DNA of 64,000 nucleotides from a virus (Duplodnaviria; Heunggongvirae; Uroviricota; Caudoviricetes): IMG/VR virus record IMGVR_UViG_3300037067_007156, positions 461,519 to 525,518 of that record; one strand, 5' to 3'. Shown piece by piece: positions 42,915 to 53,085 of this stretch (position 1 is its first letter; each line of letters starts with the position of its first letter). The notes under the pieces were generated by a model. It saw only the letters and a program-made list of their open reading frames with translations, ran no database searches and was not told where the DNA came from. The position numbers and the translations under genes were made by a program.

Positions 42915-44319
42915 TCTTAAAAAGCATCAACAAATATATAGAAATATGTAACAAAATGTACAATTTTATGCAAAAAATAAAAAGAGGACTTTTTTAATTT
43001 AATATATAAAAGAAAAAGTCTATATAGACCTAATGCAGTTAGTAGAACAACATATAATAAAAGATAATAATAAATATTACAAAGAATGTGACATTTTATG
43101 TTTTAAATCTAAGAATTTGTATAACAGTTGTTTATACGTTATAAGACAAGAATATATAAACAATAAAGTGAATGTTGTAAATAAATTACATCACTTGATG
43201 AAAAATTCATCAGATTATAAGGCATTACCAGCAAAAGTATCGTCAACAGTAATAAACATGGTAAATTTAAATTTTAAATCATTTTTCAAGGCATTAGAAA
43301 GTTATAATAAATATCCTCATTTATTTAAGGCAAGACCTAAATTACCTAAATACCTTGATAAAATTGATGGTAGGTTTATAGCAAGTTATACTAATCAAGC
43401 AATTTCTAAGAAAATATTTAAGAAAAGTAATAAAATAAAACTAAGTCAAACAAATATTGAATTTAAAACTAAGATAAATGACTTTAAACTAATTGATTGC
43501 GTGAGAATTGTTCCTAAAATAGGTTACTACGTTATAGAAGTGGTTTATACAATAAATGATATAAATAAATTAGAAAACAACAATAAATATATATCTATTG
43601 ATTTGGGTGTAAATAATTTAGCTACGTTGACTTCTAACGATATAAATTTTAAACCGTTAATTATAAACGGTAAACCATTAAAATCAATGAATCAATATTA
43701 CAACAAAAAAAGAGCAGAAATATGTTCAGTTTTAGAAACCAGAAATAAAAATAAAAAATCAAAAAAATTAAATAATTTAACGTTAAAGAGAAAAAATAAA
43801 GTAGATAATTATCTACATAAGAGTAGTAAAAAGATAATAGAAATATTAAAAGAGAAAGAAATAAATACACTTATCATTGGAAAAAATGATAATTGGAAGC
43901 AAGAGGTCGATATGATTAAAAAAAATAATCAAAATTTTGTTTCTATACCACACAGTAGATTTATAGAAATGTTAAAATATAAATGCGAAAAAAGTGGTTT
44001 AAATATTGTTATAATTGAAGAAAGTTATACCAGTAAAGCAAGTTTTTTAAACCTTGATTTTATACCTGTTTATAAAAAAGGTGATAACACTAAATATATT
44101 TTTTCTGGATACAGAGAAAATAGAGGTAATTATAAAATAAAAAGTTCTAATAAAAGAATTAATGCTGATGTAAATGGTAGTTATAACATTCTTAGAAAAG
44201 CAGTCCCGAATGCTTTTGCTGACGGGATAGAGGGGCTTGGAGTTGTCCCATCAATCATTAATATTGATAAATAAAACATATAGAAATATTCTTGTAGATT
44301 TTTCTATATTTTTTATAAC
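42915..44319 (+). mobile_element. non-autonomous IS200/IS605-type element (tnpB only)
   Basis: Removing it restores ATG-TCT-AAT-GTA of the nuclease; right-end hairpin ATATAGAAA...TTTCTATAT followed by TAAC; TATAGAAATAT also near the left end; 3-nt TCT ambiguity at the junction. Confidence 0.8.
43033..44274 (+). CDS. tnpB: RNA-guided endonuclease TnpB
   Basis: RuvC motifs SIDLGVNN, EESYTSK, NADVNGSYNI; N-terminal SKNLYN. Confidence 0.93.
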   Translation: MQLVEQHIIKDNNKYYKECDILCFKSKNLYNSCLYVIRQEYINNKVNVVNKLHHLMKNSSDYKALPAKVSSTVINMVNLNFKSFFKALESYNKYPHLFKARPKLPKYLDKIDGRFIASYTNQAISKKIFKKSNKIKLSQTNIEFKTKINDFKLIDCVRIVPKIGYYVIEVVYTINDINKLENNNKYISIDLGVNNLATLTSNDINFKPLIINGKPLKSMNQYYNKKRAEICSVLETRNKNKKSKKLNNLTLKRKNKVDNYLHKSSKKIIEILKEKEINTLIIGKNDNWKQEVDMIKKNNQNFVSIPHSRFIEMLKYKCEKSGLNIVIIEESYTSKASFLNLDFIPVYKKGDNTKYIFSGYRENRGNYKIKSSNKRINADVNGSYNILRKAVPNAFADGIEGLGVVPSIINIDK

Positions 44320-44710
44320 TCTAATGTATTACCTCAAACACCAGAATTAAATCGTAAAACTTGGAAGTATCTGGAAGATGATATTCGTTATTATGTTATG
44401 AGAAATAAAACACCATTATATGTTATAACAGGTGGCGTGTTTAGTTTTAATCCTAATTTTATTGGTGTTAAAAATAAAGTGGCAATACCAGAATATTTTT
44501 ATAAAATTGTTTATGACGATACTAATAAAAAAATGATTGCTTTTATAATACCCAATATAAAAAAACCGAATTCTGAATGTATTATGTAATATCTGTGGCT
44601 TGGGTTGAATTTTACACTGGTGTTGATTTCTTTCCAAATACTGATGAAAATTTTGAATTAGATTATACAAATAAAGTCGAAGAAGTTAATTGGCTTAAAA
44701 CCAAATAATC

Positions 44711-45332
44711 ATGAAACGTTTTAAAAGTAATATAACTACCTTGTTTATTATTGGATTTATATTTTTTCTAATATGGGTGGCTATGTTAGATGAAATAATA
44801 TACTATAAGACATGTAAATACTCAATTTACACTATTGATATCGAATTATTAACTGGCACTCATAAGATTATAGAAGTAAGAGAACCATCAAATATACAAT
44901 TCCAAATAAATTGTCATTCTCGTAAAGGATATTTTAATGGATGTGACTTGGAAGCTGTTATACCACAAGGAGAATTGATTTTAGGTGGACATTGGTATGA
45001 TATACGATATGGTGTTATCGATTTTAAAATTCTAAATAAAAAAGATGAATAAATTTTTAAACACTATGAAAAAATTATTTTTATTATTATCATTAGTTGG
45101 TGTGTTATTTACATTGACTTCTTGTAAAAACTTTAGAGCTAAAAATTGGGGTGGTAATGTAACCTATAAATTGAATGTAGGTGAAAAACTATTGAATGTG
45201 AGTTGGAAAGATGAAGATTTATGGGTTCTAACCAGAAAACGTTTACCTAATGAAAAATGTGACACTCTAATTTACCGTGAGGAATCCAATAAAAGTATCC
45301 GAGAAGGTTCAGTAACATTCATTGAGAGATAA
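44711..45332 (+). CDS. two small membrane/lipoproteins (44711-45052, 45045-45332)
   Basis: TM helix; lipobox LTSC. Confidence 0.55.
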
Positions 45333-45357
45333 ATAAGAATACGAAAAATTTATATTA

Positions 45358-45387
45358 AAAATCCCGCTAATTGGCGGGAATTTTTTA
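45358..45387. terminator. bidirectional intrinsic terminator
   Basis: TCCCGC-TAATTG-GCGGGA hairpin with T tract between convergent genes. Confidence 0.75.
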
Positions 45388-45708
45388 AATTATACAATAT
45401 AAGATTGCCGTTTTATCACCAGCTTTAGCTTGCTTATCCAATTTCTGAATAAATTTTCGAGTTTCAAGTTCATTTACAATACTATACCTTACTTTCGGGT
45501 TCAGAAAAAATTCATCTTTGTTTATATTATCAGATTCAGGTATAATCACTGATAATTCTTCATATAAATTTCCTTTATAAATTAAATAAACATTCAATTT
45601 ATTGTCTTTTAATGCTGTTTCAATATAATAAGTTTTATCACCAATTGATATTGGTTCTGACTTAAAATTTTCTTTAATATAAAATTCAAACTTTTTTATC
45701 ATAAACAT
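45385..45708 (-). CDS. hypothetical protein with KKFEFYIKE motif
   Basis: Likely start MFMIKKFE; TATATA upstream. Confidence 0.55.
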   Translation of the reverse strand: MFMIKKFEFYIKENFKSEPISIGDKTYYIETALKDNKLNVYLIYKGNLYEELSVIIPESDNINKDEFFLNPKVRYSIVNELETRKFIQKLDKQAKAGDKTAILYCII

Positions 45709-45732
45709 ATATATTAAAATAAAAATATTTAT

Positions 45733-46050
45733 ATGGACGATACACAATTCATAAATCCTAAAGAATTTCGAGAAAAAGGATATTTACAGGAATTAAATAG
45801 AAGATTCCTTCATCCGTTGGGAATGGCGTTAGCTATTAAAATATTAGATGATGAAACTGAGTATATTGCTGGTATTATTGATTTTAGAGATGATGAAGAA
45901 GGTTATTATTTTGATGTGAAAAATGGTGATACAGAACGATTAGGGAATTTTATAGAACGAAAAAAGTTCATTGATAGTGAAATTGAAAAACGAAAAGAAG
46001 TTAGAATGAAACTTTTTAATAGTAAATCAGAAATTGAACCGTTAGAATAA
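45733..46050 (+). CDS. hypothetical phage protein
   Basis: GYLQELNRRFLHPLGMAL motif. Confidence 0.6.
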   Translation: MDDTQFINPKEFREKGYLQELNRRFLHPLGMALAIKILDDETEYIAGIIDFRDDEEGYYFDVKNGDTERLGNFIERKKFIDSEIEKRKEVRMKLFNSKSEIEPLE

Positions 46051-46541
46051 TGTATAAACTTACAATTGAACTCGTACCAGAAACATCTTTTTATAATAAT
46101 GTTCGTAGTGCTGTTTCACAATCAGAATGGGATTTTATTAGAAAAAAATGTTATAAAAGAGCTGGACATAAATGTGAAATTTGTGGTGATAAAGGCACTA
46201 ACCAAGGAAAGAAATATTCTGTCGAATGTCATGAAATTTGGGAATATGATGATGTCATGCATACACAGACTTTAAAAGGTTTGATAGCTTTATGTCCACA
46301 ATGTCATCAGGTTAAACATGTCGGGTTTGCAAGAATTAATGGTAAAGAAATAGAAGTTATACGACAACTTATGAAAGTTAATAAAATGACTTCTACCGAG
46401 GCTGATAAATATATTACTAATTCTTTTACTATATGGGAAAAACGTTCTGAAAAACAGTGGAAGGTTGATATATCCTATTTGGATTCTTATAAAAAAGAAG
46501 ACGATACCGAAGAATTATTCAGACCAAATAGTTTATTTTAA
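46050..46541 (+). CDS. HNH endonuclease-like protein
   Basis: CEICG...ECHE.W...LCPQCHQVKH. Confidence 0.75.
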   Translation: MYKLTIELVPETSFYNNVRSAVSQSEWDFIRKKCYKRAGHKCEICGDKGTNQGKKYSVECHEIWEYDDVMHTQTLKGLIALCPQCHQVKHVGFARINGKEIEVIRQLMKVNKMTSTEADKYITNSFTIWEKRSEKQWKVDISYLDSYKKEDDTEELFRPNSLF

Positions 46542-46555
46542 AAATACACAGGTTA

Positions 46556-47311
46556 ATGATAGATATAGAAATAAATAAAATATACTATGAAAATTGTCTG
46601 TATACTATGAAGCGTATGCCAGATAAATTTGTTAATTTAATTGTAACATCTCCACCATATAATATGAACCTTAGAATAAGAAAAGGAAAATATTGTAGCA
46701 GACAGATTATTAAAGAAGAATTTTCAACAAAATATGATGGTTTTGATGATAATTTACCTATTGATACTTTTTATAAGACACATTATGATATATTAAAAGA
46801 AATTGTAAGAGTTAGTGAATTAACATTTTATGTTATACAAATTGTAACTGGAAGTAAAAGAGCATTTTTCAAATTAATAGGTGATTTTAGTGAATATATT
46901 AAAGATATTATAATTTGGGATAAAATAAATGCACAACCAGCAATGAAAACTGGTGTTTTTAATTCTCAATTTGAAATTATTTTAATACTTGGTGATAATC
47001 CAATATCAAGGCAATTTTCTAAATGTAATTTTGAACGTGGTGAGATGTCTAATGTTTGGAAAATTAAAAAAGAAAAAAGTTCAAATAAAAATCATAGTGC
47101 AATTTTCTCAACAGAATTGGTAAATAAAATTATTTTAAACTTTTCTAATGAAAATGATATAATATATGACCCATTTACAGGAACTGGAACTACACAAAAA
47201 TGTGCTATTTTAAATAATAGAAGATTTATAGGAAGTGAAATAGTGAAAAAATATTATGATGACGTTATTAATATTTTGAAATTAAAAAATGATAATGAAT
47301 ACACCCATTAA
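46556..47311 (+). CDS. site-specific DNA methyltransferase (N4-C/N6-A, beta class)
   Basis: TSPPY followed by DPFTGTGTT, GSEI. Confidence 0.9.
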   Translation: MIDIEINKIYYENCLYTMKRMPDKFVNLIVTSPPYNMNLRIRKGKYCSRQIIKEEFSTKYDGFDDNLPIDTFYKTHYDILKEIVRVSELTFYVIQIVTGSKRAFFKLIGDFSEYIKDIIIWDKINAQPAMKTGVFNSQFEIILILGDNPISRQFSKCNFERGEMSNVWKIKKEKSSNKNHSAIFSTELVNKIILNFSNENDIIYDPFTGTGTTQKCAILNNRRFIGSEIVKKYYDDVINILKLKNDNEYTH

Positions 47312-48098
47312 ATATTTCGGAGGAAAAGGGACAATGTTTAAAAATATTATAAAATATTTTCCAGTAATTGGTAGTTATGATACATATGTAGAACCATTTT
47401 CAGGAAGTTTTTCTATCGGACTCAAAAAAGATATCACACCAATTGAAATTTATAATGATTTAGATAAAAATGTATATTCATTATATAAAGTTATTTCAGA
47501 TAAAGATTTATTTGAACAATTCAAACAGAAATGTGATTTAACTTATTATTGTGCAGATTTAAGAACAGAATTTAAAGAATTATTAAAGAATCCAGAATTA
47601 AATTTAGTTGATAGGGCATTTTATTTTTTTGTTGTGAATCGCCTTTCTCACAATGGTATTGGAGGGATAAGTGTTAATACCGTTATCAGGAGAAATATGA
47701 GTAAATCAGTATCTGATTTTTTAAGTTCTGTCGATAGATTACCCGAATTACACCAAAGATTATCTAATTTAATTGTGTTAAATACCGATGGTATAGAATT
47801 AATAAAAAAATATGATAGAGAAAATGTTTTACAATTTTTAGACCCACCATACATGCAAAGTACTCGTACATCTTATCGATATAATTGTGATTTAGATTAT
47901 GATGGTCATATACGATTTTTAGATGTTATTTTAAATGTCAAAAAAGCAAAATTATTAATTTGTGGTTATGATTGTGAATTATATGATGTTTTAATTAAAA
48001 ACAATTTTAAAAAACAACAATTTATTGTTAATACCGTTGATGGTAATAGAACACCAAAGACTAAGACTGAAACAATTTGGTATAATTATAATATTTAA
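47289..48098 (+). CDS. dam: Dam/D12-class DNA adenine methyltransferase
   Basis: YFGGK, EPFSGS, YND, LDPPY. Confidence 0.88.
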   Translation: MIMNTPIKYFGGKGTMFKNIIKYFPVIGSYDTYVEPFSGSFSIGLKKDITPIEIYNDLDKNVYSLYKVISDKDLFEQFKQKCDLTYYCADLRTEFKELLKNPELNLVDRAFYFFVVNRLSHNGIGGISVNTVIRRNMSKSVSDFLSSVDRLPELHQRLSNLIVLNTDGIELIKKYDRENVLQFLDPPYMQSTRTSYRYNCDLDYDGHIRFLDVILNVKKAKLLICGYDCELYDVLIKNNFKKQQFIVNTVDGNRTPKTKTETIWYNYNI

Positions 48099-48466
48099 TT
48101 ATGAAAAAAGAAAGAAAACCAAGAGGAGTAAAAAAGAATGGTACTATGTCTGAGGACTTATGTCCATATTGTTATTCATTCCGTTGTGATTCTGGTACAA
48201 TGTCAAAAAAATTCCGAGAAAAGGTTGAAAGACGAAGAAAAGCTGGTGTGTGTATAGCTTGTGGTAACAATCCTTGTAAATGTAAATCAAAATTATAAAA
48301 TATGGAACAAAATTTAACGATTGACCAATTAATTGAGTTTCTTTATTATGCACACATATACAACTTCTTAAACAAAAGAATTGTAGATGGACTAACACAA
48401 TCTTTTGATGTTGATGTAAATGATTTGTGCAGACAAAAAGGTATAACTTACAACTTATAATTTATA

Positions 48467-48702
48467 ATGAGGGGGGTGGAATTCGGTAAAAGACAAATAT
48501 CCAAAAGATGGTATATTTGTTTTATGTTATACCGCTAAGTTTGGTAATGTCGGAAATGGTATCGGTGGATATGAAATTTTATTTTATAACAAAATTACTG
48601 AAAAATGGGAAAATAATAAATAAATTTAATAAATTTGTTATAAATAATATAACTAAATGGAACGGAATAATACAAAAACTGGTAAAAAATACGTTTGGTT
48701 AA
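48467..48702 (+). pseudogene. frameshifted DUF551-like gene
   Basis: ATG-A-GGGGGG-TGG; shifted frame reads WNSVKDKYPKDGIFVLC... Confidence 0.4.
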
Positions 48703-48865
48703 GTCCAGATTATAAATTCTCAAATAGTTGGGATGAAGAAACCCAGAAAAGATTTATCACAGAAGAAGAATATAATAAAGCCTTTAAAGAAAAAGGTTGG
48801 CGATTAATTGAGTATACTTGTTTGAATGATGATAAATTTGAATTTTATAATATGATGAGGATGGC

Positions 48866-50448
48866 TTAGATAATGGTGTATGACACTTTCATGATATATC
48901 CGTCATCTACACCATCTATATCGGATTCTTGCCACCAGTATTCTAAATCATCAAATTTTAATTTGAGTGATTCCAATGCTGGTGTTAATCTTTCTTTTAC
49001 AACTTTCTCTATTGCTGTTTCTTTTCCAATACCTTTATATTCTGGTTTAGCATACAATGATTTCCAACATTCTTTTGACCAACCTTCAAAATAAATTATT
49101 TTATTTTCATCTGGTACATATTGTATAAATGTTTGATATTCATAACCATCCCAAGGGTCTAATAGCTCGTTATAATTTGGTTCATCAATATGAAATTTCA
49201 ATCCACCTTCATCACCTTTTTTAATCTTATTTAATACATCTTCAACCATGTCAGTTCGAAGTGCGTCAGAAAAATAAACACCATTATATTCTTCAAATTG
49301 TTTAACATATTTCGGTGTTTTAATATTACTAAAATTATATTTTAATTCGGGTCTTGTATTTATTAATGTGTTTTTCTGTTCAACATTCAATTTATATAAA
49401 ATATCTTGAAAAAATGTGACAAGCAAAGGTCTTTCTAATAAAACTCTTACAATATCTTCAGGTAATATTATTTTATCTAATTGAAAACGATAACCACTTA
49501 TTATTTGTGGATTATCTATTATTTCATCTGCAACTTTTTTACTTAACTTGATTGGGTTAGGTTTTAAAAAATCTAAATACTCATTAGTCATATCCAACGA
49601 ATTATCAAAAGAATATTCTTTAAATAATTTTAAATGTCTTTTTTTCTCCATATTACAAAATCATTTTGAACACCTTCTAAATCTGCTTTAAGAAGTACAG
49701 ATAAAATGTTTAATATATCATCTTTAGATATTTTTTCTGTAAATAATTTATTTAGAGCATCTTTATTTATTAAATTAATCGGTGAAACGTTTACATTGAA
49801 AATAGTTATATTTGTTGGCATTTCAGTATAAAACATGTTAATGCAATAATTAGTAACATTTTCTTTAATTTTATCGATTTCATCGTTATGAAAACAGTAT
49901 ACATTCATTATAACTCGATTATTATTCAATATATCACCAGTGATATCATTTACTTTAATTAAATGTTTTTTTTCATCTATTATATCAATATATTGTTTAA
50001 ATGTACCATATTTCTTTTCAATAGCTGTTTTATGTAAGTCCGTTGCATATTCTACATTTGATAAAAATTCATCTATACTAACGTTAGGTATATAAAAATT
50101 TTCGAATAAATTATATTCACTAAATCTTTTAATTTCCATTTAAATATTATTATTTTTTATGAAATCATTGAAATTTAATATAACACTTTCACTCACTTTT
50201 TTATCTTTTATTGTGGCTTCTTTATCATCAATAATATCATTTAAAATCCTTCTTATTTCTTTTTCGTATTTTTCCACATTATCAAAATCCTTTTTACCTA
50301 TATAATTAATATCTTTAAGAAGATTTTTAAACGATGAATTGTGTTTAAAATATTTTCTTAAATATTTAACATCCATTTTAAACGTAAGATATTCGTTTAT
50401 AACCCTTTTTATTTTATTAACAATTTCATTCTTTAATTTACTATCCAT
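48866..50448 (-). CDS. three proteins with head-targeting-like motifs (48866-49651, 49630-50139, 50140-50448)
   Basis: HLKLFKEY and YVKQFEEY; IKRFSEY; ILNFNDFIKN. Confidence 0.6.
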
Positions 50449-50511
50449 GTTTGTATATATAAAAAATCAACTATATTTTTTAATATATATAAATAAAAAT
50501 AAAGTATAATT

Positions 50512-51162
50512 ATGAAATCATTTGTGAAAGAATTTCTTGAAGATATAACTGTTAATCCAGCTAAATCTAAAGTTATAATAAAATGGATACTTTATATTTC
50601 TTTGGCTCTTATAGCTGGGGCATTTACTCTGGGTGTTATGAAAAGTGATAGATTTGATAAAATAAATAATATTGAAAAACGTGTTATGGAAATTCAAGTG
50701 TCTATCAATGATATTGACACTAAACTTTCTCTTTTGAATACTAAAACTGATTCCGGTTTTAAAATGGTAGATAAAAAATTATCTGATAATATAACAACTA
50801 CTGCTAATTTGATGAGTTCTTATCAAGGTTTTGTCCAAGGACAAATGGAAATTTTAATTGACTATGGTAAAGAAAATAAAGGATTATTAAAAAGTGCTTT
50901 ACTATTAAGACAAGAAGATAATCAAAGACTTATAAACCAGACTGTTAAATCGGCTATTGATGAAATAAATAAAAAATCGGATGGTGTTACATCTACCAGT
51001 GGTATTAATATAGTTAAAGATGGTGAAAATTATGGCACAACTGTCTATACAATGAAAAATGCTACCACTAAACAAATGGATAGTATATCTACCAATTTCA
51101 AAATTATGTCTGTTGAATTGCAGAATAATGGAAAATATAAAATTGTTTATAAAATAAAATAA
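50512..51162 (+). CDS. membrane-anchored coiled-coil protein
   Basis: Single TM helix followed by coiled coil. Confidence 0.6.
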   Translation: MKSFVKEFLEDITVNPAKSKVIIKWILYISLALIAGAFTLGVMKSDRFDKINNIEKRVMEIQVSINDIDTKLSLLNTKTDSGFKMVDKKLSDNITTTANLMSSYQGFVQGQMEILIDYGKENKGLLKSALLLRQEDNQRLINQTVKSAIDEINKKSDGVTSTSGINIVKDGENYGTTVYTMKNATTKQMDSISTNFKIMSVELQNNGKYKIVYKIK

Positions 51163-51235
51163 CTATTTATTTGGATTATTATTTTTATTTTTTATTTTTG
51201 TCTCATTAATATTTTACACCCTTAATCAAAACTTG

Positions 51236-52087
51236 ATGAGACAACTAAAAATTGGTCAGAAAATCACCAGACGACACGAATCATTAACACTTGAAAAATA
51301 TCTTAATGATATATCCAAATTGGATATGGTCACACCTGATGAAGAAATTGAATTAGCAATAAGAATAAAAAGTGGTGACAGTGATGCCTTACAAAAATTA
51401 ATAAATGCGAATTTAAGATTTGTTGTATCTTGTGCTAAACAATATCAAGACCAAGGTTTATCACTTGCCGATTTAATCAATGAGGGTAATATCGGTTTAA
51501 TAAAAGCAGCTGAAAAATTCGACCACACAAAAGGTTTTAAATTCATATCCTATGCCGTTTGGTGGATTCGTCAGTGTATTTTACAAGCTTTAGCTGAAAA
51601 TTCGAGAATTGTTCGTTTACCTTTAAATCAGATTGGTAAAATGAACCAACTTAACAAAGCTCTTAATAAAAAAACACAGGAATATGAACGTGATGTGACT
51701 TATCATGAAATAGAAGACGAATTTTCCCTTAAAGGTATGGAATCAGTTTTATTTGCTGATAAAAGAGCATTATCAATAGATGCCCCTACAATAGAAGGTG
51801 AAGATACTCGTTATTGCGATGTAATGATTGATGAAGAATCGTTATCACCAGAGGAATCTTCGTTTGATACATCATTATCAATTGACTTGAATTCTGTCAT
51901 GAAAACACTTAATGATAGAGAACGTTTAATTCTCCAGATGTCATTTGGTATAGGTAGAGAAGAAATGTCTTTAGACCAAATAGCTATACATTTTAATGTT
52001 TCAAGAGAATGCATCCGTCAAATTAAAGAAAAAGCACTAAGAAAATTAAAATCACGTTCAAAAAAATTATTAACACAACATTTATAA
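51236..52087 (+). CDS. RNA polymerase sigma-70 factor (RpoD/SigA family, Bacteroidota-like)
   Basis: NLRFVVSCAKQY, DLINEGNIGL, GFKFISYAVWWIRQ, region 4 SRECIRQIKEKAL. Confidence 0.93.
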   Translation: MRQLKIGQKITRRHESLTLEKYLNDISKLDMVTPDEEIELAIRIKSGDSDALQKLINANLRFVVSCAKQYQDQGLSLADLINEGNIGLIKAAEKFDHTKGFKFISYAVWWIRQCILQALAENSRIVRLPLNQIGKMNQLNKALNKKTQEYERDVTYHEIEDEFSLKGMESVLFADKRALSIDAPTIEGEDTRYCDVMIDEESLSPEESSFDTSLSIDLNSVMKTLNDRERLILQMSFGIGREEMSLDQIAIHFNVSRECIRQIKEKALRKLKSRSKKLLTQHL

Positions 52088-52103
52088 TACGGTTTGGTTG
52101 GAT

Positions 52104-53033
52104 TTAGGTTGAAACAGGATGACATGAACATATTGTTATCCTGTTTTTTATTTTAAATAAAATAGTGGGAATATTTTTTGTTTCTTTATAAGATATTATC
52201 AATAATTTTATATTTTTATCACTACAAAAATTAACTTTAATATCATCTTTTATTTTTTGATTTTCAAATTTATTTTTTCCACCAAAATAATTTACTGGTT
52301 CGTAATGTTGTCTACCATTAAATTCAATCAAAATATTTTGTTCTGGTAAATAGAAATCAAAAAATAATTTTCGAATATGTTTACAATCATCAAAGGATTT
52401 TTCTCGGATATATTTTATACTGTTACTTACTAAATATTTTTCAATTTGTTCAACTCCTTTGGATGCACTTTTACATATTATACAACCATTTAATTTATTT
52501 AAATGATTATCTACTATTTGATTAAAAATATGATTACATTTTTTACATTTAAGTTTAATATATTTTACTTTGTTTTTATGTATTATATCTAAATAAAAAT
52601 ATTTATCACCATGAATCGATATACCTTTTTCTTTTATTTCATCTAAAGTGAAATTATAATTACCAGCACATTTAGGACATCCAGAGTTTTTATTTAAATG
52701 GTTATCTATTGAAGGTGTGAATATATTATTACATTTTTTACATTTTATTTTGATTCTGTTATTTTCTAATAGTTCAATATATTCATATTTTTCAGTATCA
52801 CCTCTTTGTATAATATCACTTATACTAAGTTTAACATTACCAGCACATTTTGGACAACTAATACCTTTTAAATGACTATATACATATTGTTTAAAGGTGT
52901 AATCACAGTCGTTACATTTTAATAAAAAATATTTTCGTTGTTTTATCACCTCGAATCCTAAATACTCAAACTTTTCACCATGTATATTTTTAGCTTTTAA
53001 AATTAAAGAATCATTCGAAATAATCTTAGGCAT
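52104..53033 (-). CDS. putative homing endonuclease (Zn-ribbon repeats plus Vsr-like domain), paralogue of 15948-17087
   Basis: CPKC repeats; FDFYLP, IEFNGRQH, KDDIK. Confidence 0.8.
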   Translation of the reverse strand: MPKIISNDSLILKAKNIHGEKFEYLGFEVIKQRKYFLLKCNDCDYTFKQYVYSHLKGISCPKCAGNVKLSISDIIQRGDTEKYEYIELLENNRIKIKCKKCNNIFTPSIDNHLNKNSGCPKCAGNYNFTLDEIKEKGISIHGDKYFYLDIIHKNKVKYIKLKCKKCNHIFNQIVDNHLNKLNGCIICKSASKGVEQIEKYLVSNSIKYIREKSFDDCKHIRKLFFDFYLPEQNILIEFNGRQHYEPVNYFGGKNKFENQKIKDDIKVNFCSDKNIKLLIISYKETKNIPTILFKIKNRITICSCHPVST

Positions 53034-53085
53034 TTATAAACTTTTTGAATTTGTTGTTATATATAAATAAAATAAGTTTTAATAT

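Larger units (their letters stand above)
42567..44708 (+). pseudogene. DNA/RNA non-specific endonuclease (NucA/EndoG family), interrupted and decayed
   Basis: 5' part WVAYEL...GYDRGYLAPAGD...ESFNMS; 3' part from 44320 SNVLPQTPELNRKTWKYLE...IPEYFYK; frameshift near 44585 to YVISVAWVEFYTGVDFFP. Confidence 0.85.

Noticed and set aside
42915-44319. IStron / group I intron carrying tnpB
   Set aside because: Only about 115 nt of non-coding sequence upstream of tnpB, no terminal G, and the host gene has other inactivating changes.
52085-52100. AATACGGTTTGGTTGG as the missing inverse end of the cassette starting GTTAACCACCGTATT at 31978
   Set aside because: 20 kb away, imperfect and without AAC; probably chance.
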